64,000 nucleotides of DNA from assembly GCA_039589315.1 (NCBI GenBank), contig JBDHHQ010000009.1:30972-94971 (forward strand), written 5' to 3'. This document shows positions 46,880 through 56,597 of the stretch, piece after piece. Positions within the stretch are counted from its first letter, which is position 1. The number at the start of each line of letters is the position of its first letter. This DNA is from Gemmatimonadota bacterium. GTDB lineage: Bacteria; Gemmatimonadota; Gemmatimonadetes; Longimicrobiales; Gaopeijiaceae. Under the pieces are notes generated by a model that was not told where the DNA came from, ran no database searches, and saw nothing but the letters and a program-made list of their open reading frames with translations. The position numbers and the translations under genes were made by a program.

Positions 46880-48559
46880 GTGACCGGTCAGCCGCCGTCC
46901 CCTCCCGACGAGGCGATCCCTGTCTCGACGACGCCCGCCAGCGCTCCCCCCGGTGGGGGGGCCTGGCGGGCGTTCGTCGCGCTCGGCGTCGTGCTGCTGG
47001 GCCTGGGCGTGTACACCTGGGAGCCCATGCCCGCCGGCGTGTGGCACGACGACGGCGTGTACGTCCTCCTGGGCCGGTCGCTGGCCGAGGGCCAGGGCCT
47101 GCGGTACACGGGCGTCACGGGCGAGCCCCCCGCCACGAAGTTCCCCCCCCTGTACCCGGCTGTGGTGGCGGCCGTCTGGTCGTCGTTCCCGGAATTCCCC
47201 GCCAATCTCCGTGTGATCGCCGGCCTGAACCTCCTCTTCCTGGCGTTGGCCGGAAGCCTCTTCGGGCTGTGGTGCCACCGCGCTCTGGCGTTGCCGGTTC
47301 CGATGGCTGTGGGGATCGCGGGAACCGCGTGGCTCTCCCTGGACCTGTGGCGGCTGGGGGCAATCCCTCTTTCCGAGCCCCTCTTCCTCGTCGCCCTGTT
47401 CCTCTCCTTGCTCTGGGGCGAGGCGGCGGAGCGACCGAGCGCGAAGCCCACGGTCACGGGCCTCTTCCTGCTGGGCTTCGCACTCGTCTTTCACGCTCGC
47501 ACCATCGGCGTCGCCGTGGGCGTAGCCGCCATCCTCTCGGCGGCCCTGTCCGGCCGCTGGCGTCGGGCAGCGGGGCTGGGAGCGGGAGCCCTGGCGATCA
47601 TGGCGCCATGGATGCTGTGGTCGCACGCCAGGTCGGCGCAGATCCCGTCCCCGCTGCAGGACATCCTGGGCTCCTACGGGGGGTGGCTCGGCGGGAGGCT
47701 CACGGCCGACCCAGGGGGTTTTCTGGCCACGTTGCCGGCGCGTGCGTGGAACCTCCTGGACTGGTGTGCGGCCATGTTGCTTCCGGGTGCGCCCCCGGGG
47801 CTCCGGTGGACCGTGGGCCTCCTCCTCCTGGTCCTGGCTGCGTTCGGTTTGTGGGAGCTGACCAGCCGCAGCCGGCTCGGAAGCCTGACGCTCCTGCTGA
47901 TGTTGGGAGCGCTGTGGATGTGGCCGTTCCTGGACCGGCGCCTCATGGCTCCCCTCGTTCCGTGGCTCGTGCTATTGGTCTTCCTGGGAGGGCTCCGGTC
48001 CGCCGGCTGGCTGGCGCGGGGCCAATCGGCCGAGGCGGCGGCGGCTTCGGAGCACCGGATTCGCCGGATCCTGCCGCGTCTGCCCCGGGTGGCGGTGGGA
48101 GTCTGGGCCGTGGTCTTCGGCGCCGTATCGGTGTGGGGCCTGCTCCATGGGCGCCACGAGGCTGGATACCGAATGAGGGCAGAGGCCCTGGCCGATGCCG
48201 TGGAAGCCGTGCGGCGGACCACCGAAGAGACCGCCGTGGTGGGGGCTCCCGAGCTGTGGGCCGGGTTGCACCTCTACACTGCGAGGACGGTGGGGCCCAG
48301 CGCGCCCTTCCGTCCCGGCGGCGTGGAAGGACCTGCATGGGGCTCGCCGGAGGATCAGTACCGCCTTTGGATGGCGGCGGAGCTGGATCACGTGCTGGTG
48401 GAGCATGGCGGCAGGGTGCACGGCGAGGCCCTGGACCGTATGGACGCATTGTGTCCCGGGGGCGCCGTCGAGGTCCGCGCAACCTACGACGGGGGCGTTC
48501 TGGTGCGGCTCAACTGGGACGACACCTGCCGCGCCCGGCTGTTGGCGCCGGGGGGATGA
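46880..48559 (+). CDS. GT-C fold integral membrane glycosyltransferase, paralog of 31180-32901
   Basis: WHDDGVYVLLGRSL...KFPPLYP, LSEPLF, ARTIG, RRLMAP; many TM segments. Confidence 0.7.
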   Translation: MTGQPPSPPDEAIPVSTTPASAPPGGGAWRAFVALGVVLLGLGVYTWEPMPAGVWHDDGVYVLLGRSLAEGQGLRYTGVTGEPPATKFPPLYPAVVAAVWSSFPEFPANLRVIAGLNLLFLALAGSLFGLWCHRALALPVPMAVGIAGTAWLSLDLWRLGAIPLSEPLFLVALFLSLLWGEAAERPSAKPTVTGLFLLGFALVFHARTIGVAVGVAAILSAALSGRWRRAAGLGAGALAIMAPWMLWSHARSAQIPSPLQDILGSYGGWLGGRLTADPGGFLATLPARAWNLLDWCAAMLLPGAPPGLRWTVGLLLLVLAAFGLWELTSRSRLGSLTLLLMLGALWMWPFLDRRLMAPLVPWLVLLVFLGGLRSAGWLARGQSAEAAAASEHRIRRILPRLPRVAVGVWAVVFGAVSVWGLLHGRHEAGYRMRAEALADAVEAVRRTTEETAVVGAPELWAGLHLYTARTVGPSAPFRPGGVEGPAWGSPEDQYRLWMAAELDHVLVEHGGRVHGEALDRMDALCPGGAVEVRATYDGGVLVRLNWDDTCRARLLAPGG

Positions 48560-48594
48560 GGGGGGAGGGGAAGCGGCGCGGGGTTCGGGGGCCC

Positions 48595-48873
48595 CTACCA
48601 GTCGACGCTTCCCTTCTGGCTCGTGTCCACCGGATCCACCTTGCCCTCGCCCAGGAGCACGGCCCGGACCTGCTCGTACAGGAACTCCCGGGCTTTGGCT
48701 TCCCTGGGATCCAGGCCGTAGTGGTTGATGAGCATCGTCTGGTGCTCGAGCCAGTCCTGCCAACAGCTCTGGCAGATGCTCGCCATGAGCCGTTCCCCCA
48801 ACTCGCTCCGGAACGGTGCCCGGGACATGGGGGCAGCCTCTCTCTGGCAGCGGCGACACCGGATCGTTTCCAC
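48595..48873 (-). CDS. YggX-like Fe(II)-trafficking / oxidative damage protection protein
   Basis: CRRC, PFRSELGERL..SICQSCWQDW...QTMLINHYGL...AREFL; start GTG 48873 or ATG 48924. Confidence 0.82.
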   Translation of the reverse strand: METIRCRRCQREAAPMSRAPFRSELGERLMASICQSCWQDWLEHQTMLINHYGLDPREAKAREFLYEQVRAVLLGEGKVDPVDTSQKGSVDW

Positions 48874-49148
48874 GCTGTGCCTCGGATGTTGTCGGCGTTG
48901 GTGATGTTCTTCGGGCGGCGGCATCAGCCTACCCGGAGCCCCATCGCGAGGTCCGCGGAACAGCAGCCGGCGGACGGATAACGGCTCGATTCCCGAGCCA
49001 TCCGACCTCGCCCGGAGACGCCGAGCAGGTCCCTCTTCCGCCGGTCCCCTGTACGGTCCCTGGTGCGGTAGACGGTCCCTTCGGATTGATTTAGCTTTTT
49101 GTTCTGTCGAAAAACCTGGCTGGACGTGCACCCGATAGAGAAACAACA

Positions 49149-49532
49149 ATGGCCCTGACGAAGAAACAGCTGGCTCATATTGAGAAGAGGCTCCTCGACG
49201 AGCGGTCCCGCGCCCTCCGGTCCCTTGGGTTGTTCGATGAGATGGCGAAGGCAGATCGCGAGTCCGGTGACTCGGACCTGTCGGCGTACACGGATCATAT
49301 GGCCGACCAGGGAACGGAGGCCATGGAACGGGAGAAAGCGGCGCTCTTCGCGACCAAGGAAGGACGTTACCTCTACCGGCTCGAAGAGGCGCTGCGCCGG
49401 CTGTACAACAGCCCGGAGACCTTCGGCTCCTGCCACACCTGTGGCGAGCCCGTGGGCTTCCAGCGCCTGGACGCTCTGCCCCACGCGCGGTACTGCATCG
49501 ACTGCAAGATCAAGGAAGAGGAAGCCGCCTGA
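49149..49532 (+). CDS. DksA/TraR C4 zinc-finger family protein
   Basis: Coiled coil with DHMADQGT tip; FGSCHTCGEPV...RLDALPHARYCIDCK. Confidence 0.92.
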   Translation: MALTKKQLAHIEKRLLDERSRALRSLGLFDEMAKADRESGDSDLSAYTDHMADQGTEAMEREKAALFATKEGRYLYRLEEALRRLYNSPETFGSCHTCGEPVGFQRLDALPHARYCIDCKIKEEEAA

Positions 49533-49560
49533 GGCCGTCCGTCGAAGTCGGCAAGGAATG

Positions 49561-49597
49561 GAGAGGGGGCCTCGCGCACCGCGCCGGGCCCCCTCTC
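49561..49597. terminator. Stem-loop between convergent dksA-like and rnd genes
   Basis: 11-bp perfect inverted repeat GAGAGGGGGCC / GGCCCCCTCTC; no clear U-tract. Confidence 0.5.
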
Positions 49598-49669
49598 TCG
49601 TGACTCCGGGATCGGCCGCCCCACATCCCCAGGGCACTGTGCCTGGCGGGGGCGGCCGAGGTCGTGCCG

Positions 49670-50818
49670 CTATTCGACGGCACCTCCGTCCGGCAACACC
49701 GTCAGCAGCGCTTCTGACACCGCCTCCATCTGCCACGCCTTGACCCCGGGGACCTCCCTGAGCGCCTGCGCCGTCCGGGGCTGCCGACGCGCGATCTCCA
49801 GCAGGGTCGCGTTGGACATCAGCGTGCCACGAGCCAACCCCAACTCCTCCGCGCGCCGGTTCCGCACCTCCTTCAACACCGCGGCTGCTTCCTCGACCTC
49901 CGGCGGCGGCCGCCCCGGTCCGGTCCGGCGGGCGGCGGGGTATCCCTCCAGCTCCTTCTCCGGGATCTGCTCGATCGCTTCGAGCCGTTTGATGAGCGCC
50001 GGTCCCGCCGAACGGACCGCGCCCCGCGAAATGCCTTTGATCCGCTGTAGGCCGGCCAACGTCCGGGGCCGCTCGCGTGCCACGTCCATCAGCGCCCGAT
50101 CGGCCGCGACGCGGAAGGGCGCCCGGTCCCTTCGTCGGGCCACCTCGTCCCGCCAATCCACTGCCGCCCGCAGGGCGGTGAGATCCCTCGCGCCGAGCCT
50201 TCGGGCCTCTCGGAATCTGGTCACTGGATCGGTCGGCTCTTCCTCCTCCCACCGGATGCCTTCGAGCAACCGGAACTCCTCGCGGGCCCAGTCGAGGCGG
50301 CCGACGGCCACGAGCTCCGCCTCCAGGATGGTCGCGAGGCGGCCGAGGTTGGCGGTGTCCGCCGTGGCGTACTCGATCATGTCCGGCGGCAGCGGACGCT
50401 GGGCCCAGTCCGCCCGCTGGTGCTGCTTGGACAGGGTAATGCCGAGGTGCTTCTCGAGGAGCGCCGACAGCCCCAGTCCAGGCTCGCCCAGGAGGGACGC
50501 CGCGACCTGGGTGTCGAAGAGCCCGAAGACGGACAGGCCCAGGTCCCGGTCCAGCAGCCTGAGATCGTAGTCGGCGCCGTGCATCATCACCGTCACGTCG
50601 GGGTCGGCCAGTACGTCCCGCAGCATGTCGGCGGGGTCGAAGGCCAGGGGGTCCAACACGAAGTCGAGGCCGTCGACCGAGACCTGGACCAGGCAGAGGC
50701 GATCGGTGTACCGGTGGAACCCCGCCGCCTCGCAGTCCATCGCGAGGCTCCGGGCACGGGTGAGCGCAGCCCTGAGCGGCTCGGCGCTCGACGGTTCCTG
50801 GATCACGGCGGTTGACAC
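49670..50818 (-). CDS. rnd: Ribonuclease D with two HRDC domains
   Basis: AMDCE, LCLVQ, HGADYD, FDTQVAA, DWAQRPL, YATAD; WRDEVARRRDRAPFRV; start uncertain. Confidence 0.9.
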   Translation of the reverse strand: MSTAVIQEPSSAEPLRAALTRARSLAMDCEAAGFHRYTDRLCLVQVSVDGLDFVLDPLAFDPADMLRDVLADPDVTVMMHGADYDLRLLDRDLGLSVFGLFDTQVAASLLGEPGLGLSALLEKHLGITLSKQHQRADWAQRPLPPDMIEYATADTANLGRLATILEAELVAVGRLDWAREEFRLLEGIRWEEEEPTDPVTRFREARRLGARDLTALRAAVDWRDEVARRRDRAPFRVAADRALMDVARERPRTLAGLQRIKGISRGAVRSAGPALIKRLEAIEQIPEKELEGYPAARRTGPGRPPPEVEEAAAVLKEVRNRRAEELGLARGTLMSNATLLEIARRQPRTAQALREVPGVKAWQMEAVSEALLTVLPDGGAVE

Positions 50819-51037
50819 GAGGATAGGCGTGGGTGGCAGGAAGCGGGACAGTGCCGTGTCGGGTGGCGGGCAATCGAGAGCAGTACTACTCGCCCGTCGG
50901 GAGGTGGGTTCCGCCGCCTTGCCCTCGGTCCCGAGCGCGCTTGCAGTCGCCTGGCCACAGCGACAGGTTTCAGACCCTTCGGCGCAGCGGCTGCCAGTCC
51001 TCTTTCCTGAATCCCTCGAGCCGGTCGGCCCGGACCG

Positions 51038-52456
51038 ATGTTGAGAACCAAGGTCATTTGCACGCTGGGGCCCGCGAGCTCCAAGCCCGAGATCGTCCAG
51101 GACATGGTCGGCTCGGGTATGGACGTGGCGCGGATCAACATGTCTCACGGGGACCACGGGACACATGCTCGACTCATCGAGCTGGTCCGACAGGCCGGAG
51201 TCCGGTTGGGCCGGCCGGTCGCGGTCCTGGCGGATCTGCAGGGTCCGAAGATCCGTGTCGGCAAGCTGCCCACCCCCGTCGAGCTGGTCGTGGGCGAGAC
51301 GGTGACCATGGCCCGCGAGGGGACGGGGAATCCGGACGCGATCCCCGTCACGTACGGGGCCTTCGCACAGGACGTGGGTCCGGGCCAGGCGGTCCTCCTG
51401 GACGACGGGCTTCTCTGGCTGCGGGTGAAGGGGGTCGAGGGCGAGAACGTCAGGTTGGAGGTCATTCGCGGCGGGACGCTCAACAGCCGCAAGGGCATCA
51501 ACCTTCCCGAGGTCGATGTCCAGGCTCCGTCCACGACCGAGAAGGACCTCACCGACCTGGAGTTCGTCCTCGATCAGGGCGTGGATTACGTCGGGCTCTC
51601 CTTCGTCCGTCACGAGTCGGACATCCTGCAGCTGCGTCAGCGCGTGGGAAAGCGCGCGCTCATCGTGGCCAAGATCGAGCTTGCACGGGCCCTCGATCGC
51701 GTCGAGTCCATCATCGACGCGGCCGATGCCGTGATGGTTGCCAGGGGCGACCTGGGCGTTGACCTGCCGTTCGAGCAGGTCCCGTTGGTGCAGAAACGGG
51801 TCATCCAGCTCGCGAACTTTTCGGGCCGTCCCGTGATCACGGCCACGCAGATGCTCGAATCCATGATCGATTACCCCCGGCCCACCCGAGCCGAGGCGTC
51901 CGACGTGGCGAACGCCATCCTGGACGGCACGGACGCAGTCATGCTCTCGGGCGAGTCGGCAGTGGGTCGCTACCCCCTCCAGGCCTTGAACGCCCTGGTC
52001 CGGATCATCGGAGAGATCGAGCGGAGCGGCGTCCTGGAGCGAGGACCGCGCTATCTCGTGGGTCCGGGGGACATGCATCGCGCTGGCGCCAGCGCACGGG
52101 AGCACGCCGTCGCCTCGGCCAGTGTCGAGTCGGCGCACCAGCTGGGTGCGCCGGCCATCATCGTCATCACCCGGACGGGGTTCACCGCCCGTCTGGTCTC
52201 CAGCTATCGCCCGCCCGTCCCCATCTTCGCCGTCTGCACCGACGAGACCGCGGTTCGGCAGCTGAGCGCCGTCTGGGGCGTGAACGCATTGCTGGCGGGG
52301 AGCGAGGAGGTCAGCTACGAGTCGATGACCGAGTTCGGGAAGACGGCTTTGGTCGAAGCGGGGGTCGGGAGGCCCGGCGAGTCCGTCGTGGTGACCGCCG
52401 GCTATCCTTTTCACGAGTCCCGCAGCACGAACACGATGCGCGTGGAGCAGCTTTGA
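51038..52456 (+). CDS. pyk: Pyruvate kinase
   Basis: RTKVICTLGP, DLQGPKIR, KGINLP, AKIE, MVARGDLG, ATQMLESM, PTRAEASDVANA, MLSGESA. Confidence 0.97.
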   Translation: MLRTKVICTLGPASSKPEIVQDMVGSGMDVARINMSHGDHGTHARLIELVRQAGVRLGRPVAVLADLQGPKIRVGKLPTPVELVVGETVTMAREGTGNPDAIPVTYGAFAQDVGPGQAVLLDDGLLWLRVKGVEGENVRLEVIRGGTLNSRKGINLPEVDVQAPSTTEKDLTDLEFVLDQGVDYVGLSFVRHESDILQLRQRVGKRALIVAKIELARALDRVESIIDAADAVMVARGDLGVDLPFEQVPLVQKRVIQLANFSGRPVITATQMLESMIDYPRPTRAEASDVANAILDGTDAVMLSGESAVGRYPLQALNALVRIIGEIERSGVLERGPRYLVGPGDMHRAGASAREHAVASASVESAHQLGAPAIIVITRTGFTARLVSSYRPPVPIFAVCTDETAVRQLSAVWGVNALLAGSEEVSYESMTEFGKTALVEAGVGRPGESVVVTAGYPFHESRSTNTMRVEQL

Positions 52457-52490
52457 GCGCGGAGGGGCGCACGGCTGCGTCCGGCCCTCG

Positions 52491-53291
52491 GTGAAGCTGA
52501 CTTTTCTGGGCACCGGCACGTCCTTCGGCGTTCCCGTCATCGGCTGTGATTGCCCCACCTGTAGCTCCGCCGACCCGCGGGACCGTCGCACGCGGCACGC
52601 CGCCCTGTTGACGCTGGACGCTGGACGGCTCCTCGTGGACACCCCTCCCGAGCTTCGCCTCCAGCTCCTGTCGGCGGGTGTCGACCGGGTCGACGCGGTC
52701 TGGTTCACGCATACGCACGCCGACCACGTCCACGGCATCGATGATCTTCGTATCTTCAGCATGAAGTCGCGCGCCACCCTCCCGATTCTGGTGGGCCCGG
52801 GCGTCGCGGAGGAGATGCGCGCCCGCTTTCCCTACATCTTCGATCCGGCCATCTCCGCGCCGTCCGGGACCTCCACGCCGGAGCTGCGCTTCGTGTCCTT
52901 CGGTCCGGAGGCGCCCGTGCGGATCCTGGACCGGGAGATCACACCGCTGGAGCTGCCTCATGGGCCGATGACGGTGTGGGGGTTCCGGGTGGGCTCCCTC
53001 GGCTACGTGACCGACGCGAAGGAGCTCAGTCCCCATGTGCTGGACGCGTTGCGGGGAGTGGAGGTTCTGGTCCTCAACGCCCTCTGGTGGGGGAACCCCC
53101 ACCCCACCCACTTCAACGTGGAGGAGGCGGTGGAGGCCGCTCGCCTCGTGGGTGCGCAACGAACGTACCTGACCCACCTGACCCACCGGCTTCGGCATGC
53201 CGAGCTCCTCGAGACGCTCCCTCCCGGGATCGAGCCGGCGTACGACGGGCTCACCGTGGATGTCGGCGTACCCTCCGAAGCCGCCTCATGA
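52491..53291 (+). CDS. PhnP/YycJ-like metallo-beta-lactamase-fold phosphodiesterase
   Basis: LGTGTSFGVPVIGCDCPTC, THTHADHVHG, YVTD, THF, THLTH, AYDG. Confidence 0.9.
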   Translation: MKLTFLGTGTSFGVPVIGCDCPTCSSADPRDRRTRHAALLTLDAGRLLVDTPPELRLQLLSAGVDRVDAVWFTHTHADHVHGIDDLRIFSMKSRATLPILVGPGVAEEMRARFPYIFDPAISAPSGTSTPELRFVSFGPEAPVRILDREITPLELPHGPMTVWGFRVGSLGYVTDAKELSPHVLDALRGVEVLVLNALWWGNPHPTHFNVEEAVEAARLVGAQRTYLTHLTHRLRHAELLETLPPGIEPAYDGLTVDVGVPSEAAS

Positions 53292-53304
53292 CCCTACACC
53301 CGAG

Positions 53305-54717
53305 ATGAGAACCCAGCCCATGCCGCCCATCGTGATCGACGTCAACAACGTCCTCGCTACCGCCATCGGCGAGCGGGGCATCGCGGCCGAGCGGTTCCAA
53401 CGCGACCTCGCCCAACGCTTCCGGGAAGCACACGCAAAGGTGGCCGCCCGGCACGACGCCGGCGACATGGGATTCCTGGACCTGCCCCACGCCGACGAGA
53501 CGGCGTCGCGGGTACAAGAGGTGGCCGACTCGTTCGGGCAGTGGTTCGAGAACCTCGTGGTCCTGGGCATCGGTGGGTCTGCCCTCGGCGCACGCTTCGT
53601 GCGGGACGCGCTGCTCGGGCCCCTGTGGAACCAGTTGAGTGCCGAAGGGCGCGAGCACTTCCCTCGTCTCTACGTCCTCGACAACGCCGATCCCTCGTCC
53701 GTACGAGACCTGCTGTCGTTCCTCGACATCCGTCGCACGCTGTTCAACGTGGTGAGCAAGTCGGGCTCCACGGCAGAGACGATGGCCCAATACCTGGTCG
53801 TGAGAGACCGGCTCGAGCGGGCCGTGGGCCCGGAGAACGTGGCGGGGCACTTCCTCTTCACGACGAGCCCGACCCGGGGTAGCCTCCGCGCCACGGCCGA
53901 GGCCGATGGCGTCCCGACCCTGGCGATCCCCGAGAACGTGGGCGGGCGGTTCTCCGTGCTGTCTCCGGTGGGGCTCTTGCCGGCGGCCGCGACAGGGGTC
54001 GACACCAGAGCGCTGCTGGGGGGAGCTGCCGCCATGGTCCAGCGCTGCGGAAGCCCCGAGCTCCTGGAGAACCCCGCCGGTCTCCTCGCCACGGCCCTCC
54101 ACACGGCCCACACCGAATCCGGCGCCGCCATCCATGTGTTGATGCCGTACGCCGATCGGCTCAGGTCCCTCTCGCTCTGGTTCCAGCAGCTGTGGGCCGA
54201 GTCATTGGGCAAGGCGGTGACCACCGACGGCCGCACCGTCCACTCCGGTCCCACCCCCCTGCCTGCGGTGGGCGCGACCGATCAGCACGCGCAGGTGCAG
54301 CTGTTCATGGAGGGTCCCTTCGACAAGGTGATCGTGTTCCTGGCCGTTCACGACATGGGCGATCCCGTGCCCATTCCTCCAGGGTCCACCACGGATCCGG
54401 GCCTGAGCTACCTGGGCGGCCACAGCATCGGTGCGCTCCTGGACGCGGAGCGGCGCGCGACCACCGAGGCGCTCCGGCGCCGCGGCCGGCCGAGCATGAC
54501 CATCGAGATCGACCGGATCGACGCCGATCGCCTGGGCCGGTTGATCATGCTCTTCGAGCTGGCCACCGTGTATGCGGCGGCACTGTACGACGTGGACGCG
54601 CTGGATCAACCGGGTGTGGAGTTGGGCAAGGAGCTCACGTACGGCCTCTTGGGGCGGGACGGCTTCGACGCCGTGCCACTGGGCCAGGGCGACCCCCGCT
54701 GGCGGGTCAACGCCTGA
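53305..54717 (+). CDS. pgi: Glucose-6-phosphate isomerase
   Basis: GIGGSALG, SKSGSTAET, VGGRFSV, QQLWAESLGK, DQHAQVQL, DQPGVELGK. Confidence 0.95.
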   Translation: MRTQPMPPIVIDVNNVLATAIGERGIAAERFQRDLAQRFREAHAKVAARHDAGDMGFLDLPHADETASRVQEVADSFGQWFENLVVLGIGGSALGARFVRDALLGPLWNQLSAEGREHFPRLYVLDNADPSSVRDLLSFLDIRRTLFNVVSKSGSTAETMAQYLVVRDRLERAVGPENVAGHFLFTTSPTRGSLRATAEADGVPTLAIPENVGGRFSVLSPVGLLPAAATGVDTRALLGGAAAMVQRCGSPELLENPAGLLATALHTAHTESGAAIHVLMPYADRLRSLSLWFQQLWAESLGKAVTTDGRTVHSGPTPLPAVGATDQHAQVQLFMEGPFDKVIVFLAVHDMGDPVPIPPGSTTDPGLSYLGGHSIGALLDAERRATTEALRRRGRPSMTIEIDRIDADRLGRLIMLFELATVYAAALYDVDALDQPGVELGKELTYGLLGRDGFDAVPLGQGDPRWRVNA

Positions 54718-54744
54718 GCCGGGATGAGCCCCGCTGGCGGGTCG
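54693..54744 (+). repeat. 16-bp direct repeat flanking the pgi stop codon
   Basis: CCCCCGCTGGCGGGTC at 54693-54708 and 54729-54744. Confidence 0.8.
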
Positions 54745-54937
54745 AGGCCCGTGCGAGCAGGGAACGGTACGGAATCCGCTCTTGGACCCCAGGGGTCTGC
54801 GGTCCGCCAGAGGCGCGGCCGCAGGCGGATCGGAGCCCCGTGAAGCCGTGGCAGCTTGTACCCGTTTCGGCGCGCGGATAACTTCCAGATCACCCCCGGG
54901 GACCGGGGGAGAATCGGGTGACTCGAGGAGGCTCAAC

Positions 54938-55369
54938 ATGCGTGACAACGGCGATCAGCCCTACATCGTGATCGAGCGGGATAGCGGGGGAGCGTTCGGG
55001 ACCTTCGTGCTCGGGGCGCTCGTGGGCGCCGGCCTGGCTCTACTCCTGGCACCCCAGTCCGGCGCGGAGACCCAAGAGGAGATCAAGGAGCATGCGCTCC
55101 GCCTGAAGAGCGCGGCCGAGGACCGGGTGCGCGAGGCCCAGCGCACGCTGGAAGACCGGCTCGAGCAAGCGCGAACCGGCGTCCAGGGTCGCGTCGAGTC
55201 GGTGAAGGACGCCGTGGAGGCCGGCCGGCGGGCCGCCTTCGAGGCCCGAGACGAGCTGGAGGTGAAGCTGGAACGCTCCAAAGCCGCCTACCGGGCAGGT
55301 ATCACTGCGGCCCGGGAGTCGGCTGCCTCCGAGGAGGACGAGGCCGATGACGAGGCCGATGACGCGTAG
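54938..55369 (+). CDS. YtxH domain protein
   Basis: FVLGALVGAGLALLLAPQSGAETQ followed by an amphipathic coiled coil; GAGGAGG RBS. Confidence 0.88.
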   Translation: MRDNGDQPYIVIERDSGGAFGTFVLGALVGAGLALLLAPQSGAETQEEIKEHALRLKSAAEDRVREAQRTLEDRLEQARTGVQGRVESVKDAVEAGRRAAFEARDELEVKLERSKAAYRAGITAARESAASEEDEADDEADDA

Positions 55370-55583
55370 TGCCCCCTGGCCGCGACGGGCCGCTGGATCC
55401 GGGGAACGGCCTGAGAGCGCTCAGGACAGTGGAGGCATGCGGTAGGAGGCACGCCGCGGGGGCTCGGGCCTCCGCGGCGCTGTCACATCGGCAACCTCGG
55501 ACGGGAGTCCCGCGCTGAGCCAGATCCCGAGTCCGGCCGAGGATCCTCCCGGCAAGGACGCCACCGACCAACACCTGCACGTC

Positions 55584-56540
55584 TTGGACTTCGTGCTGAA
55601 GCCGGGCCAGCGGTTTCGCGCGTTCTGGGCGCGCGTCTACTGGAAGGCCGACGAGGACAACATCTTCTTCATGGCCGGCGCCATCTCGTTCAACATCGTG
55701 GTCGCTTTCGTTCCGCTGGTCCTGCTCGTGGTAGGGATCGCCGGGTATGTGCTGAGCGCCAGGTTCGGAGACCCGGCCGACGTCATCACGGACATGATCC
55801 TGGGCACGCTTCCCGACGTCTCCGCCAGCTCCAGCCTGGTGGAGAGCGTGCGCAACCTCATCGACGCCATCCTGGCCGGAAGACGCCAGTTGAGTCTGGT
55901 CGGCGGGGTGCTCCTGATCTGGCTGTCGACCCGACTCGTGGGCACGCTCCGAACGGCACTGAGGGAGGTCTTCGACATCGCCCACGGGCGGGGCATCATC
56001 GCGGGCAAGATCTTCGACGGTCAGATGGTCGTGATTGGGGGTGTGCTGTTCCTCCTGAACATGGGGATCACGGTTGCGGTTCGCACCGCCGTCGAGTTGG
56101 GCGTGCACGTTCTGGGCGTCGTGGACGCCGCACCGCAGTGGGGTGAGCGCGTGTTGGCGTTCACCCTCGCTTTTGCGTCCATCTGGTTCCTCTTCCTGCT
56201 CATCTACCGGTTCCTGCCGGCTCGGCGCATCCCCTGGCGGACAGCCATCATCGCGGCCACGGTCATGGCCGTGGCCTACGAGGTGCTGAAGGGGAGCTTC
56301 TCGTGGTACGTCACCGGGATCGCCGACTACTCGTCGACGTACGGAAACCTGGCGACCCTGGCCGTGCTGTTCTTCTGGGTCTACTACGCCTCGATCGCGT
56401 TCATCCTCGCGGGCGAGATCGCCCAGGTGTCGACGATGCGGAGGGCCTGGAAGTACAGACCCGTGGCGGTCGGCTCGGCGAGTAGCCCGGGCGCCTGGCA
56501 GCAGCCGGCGGCTTCACAGGATCGATCCAGTGGTCGATAG
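55584..56540 (+). CDS. YihY/BrkB family inner-membrane protein
   Basis: AGAISF...FVP, LIYRFLP, YSSTYGNLA, FWVYY...GE; start uncertain. Confidence 0.88.
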   Translation: MDFVLKPGQRFRAFWARVYWKADEDNIFFMAGAISFNIVVAFVPLVLLVVGIAGYVLSARFGDPADVITDMILGTLPDVSASSSLVESVRNLIDAILAGRRQLSLVGGVLLIWLSTRLVGTLRTALREVFDIAHGRGIIAGKIFDGQMVVIGGVLFLLNMGITVAVRTAVELGVHVLGVVDAAPQWGERVLAFTLAFASIWFLFLLIYRFLPARRIPWRTAIIAATVMAVAYEVLKGSFSWYVTGIADYSSTYGNLATLAVLFFWVYYASIAFILAGEIAQVSTMRRAWKYRPVAVGSASSPGAWQQPAASQDRSSGR

Positions 56541-56597
56541 TGTTATGTTAGGAACATCTGGCAACAGGCTTCCACATTCCAGGAGCGTCCAGACGCC

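Noticed and set aside
49670..52777. 1035-aa minus-strand ORF as a giant RNase D
   Set aside because: The N-terminal ~650 codons are the antisense shadow of pyk and the MBL gene; RNase D homology starts near 50818.
55410..55425. CCTGAG-AGCG-CTCAGG palindrome as a riboswitch or terminator
   Set aside because: A single short hairpin with no U-tract and no other conserved aptamer elements.
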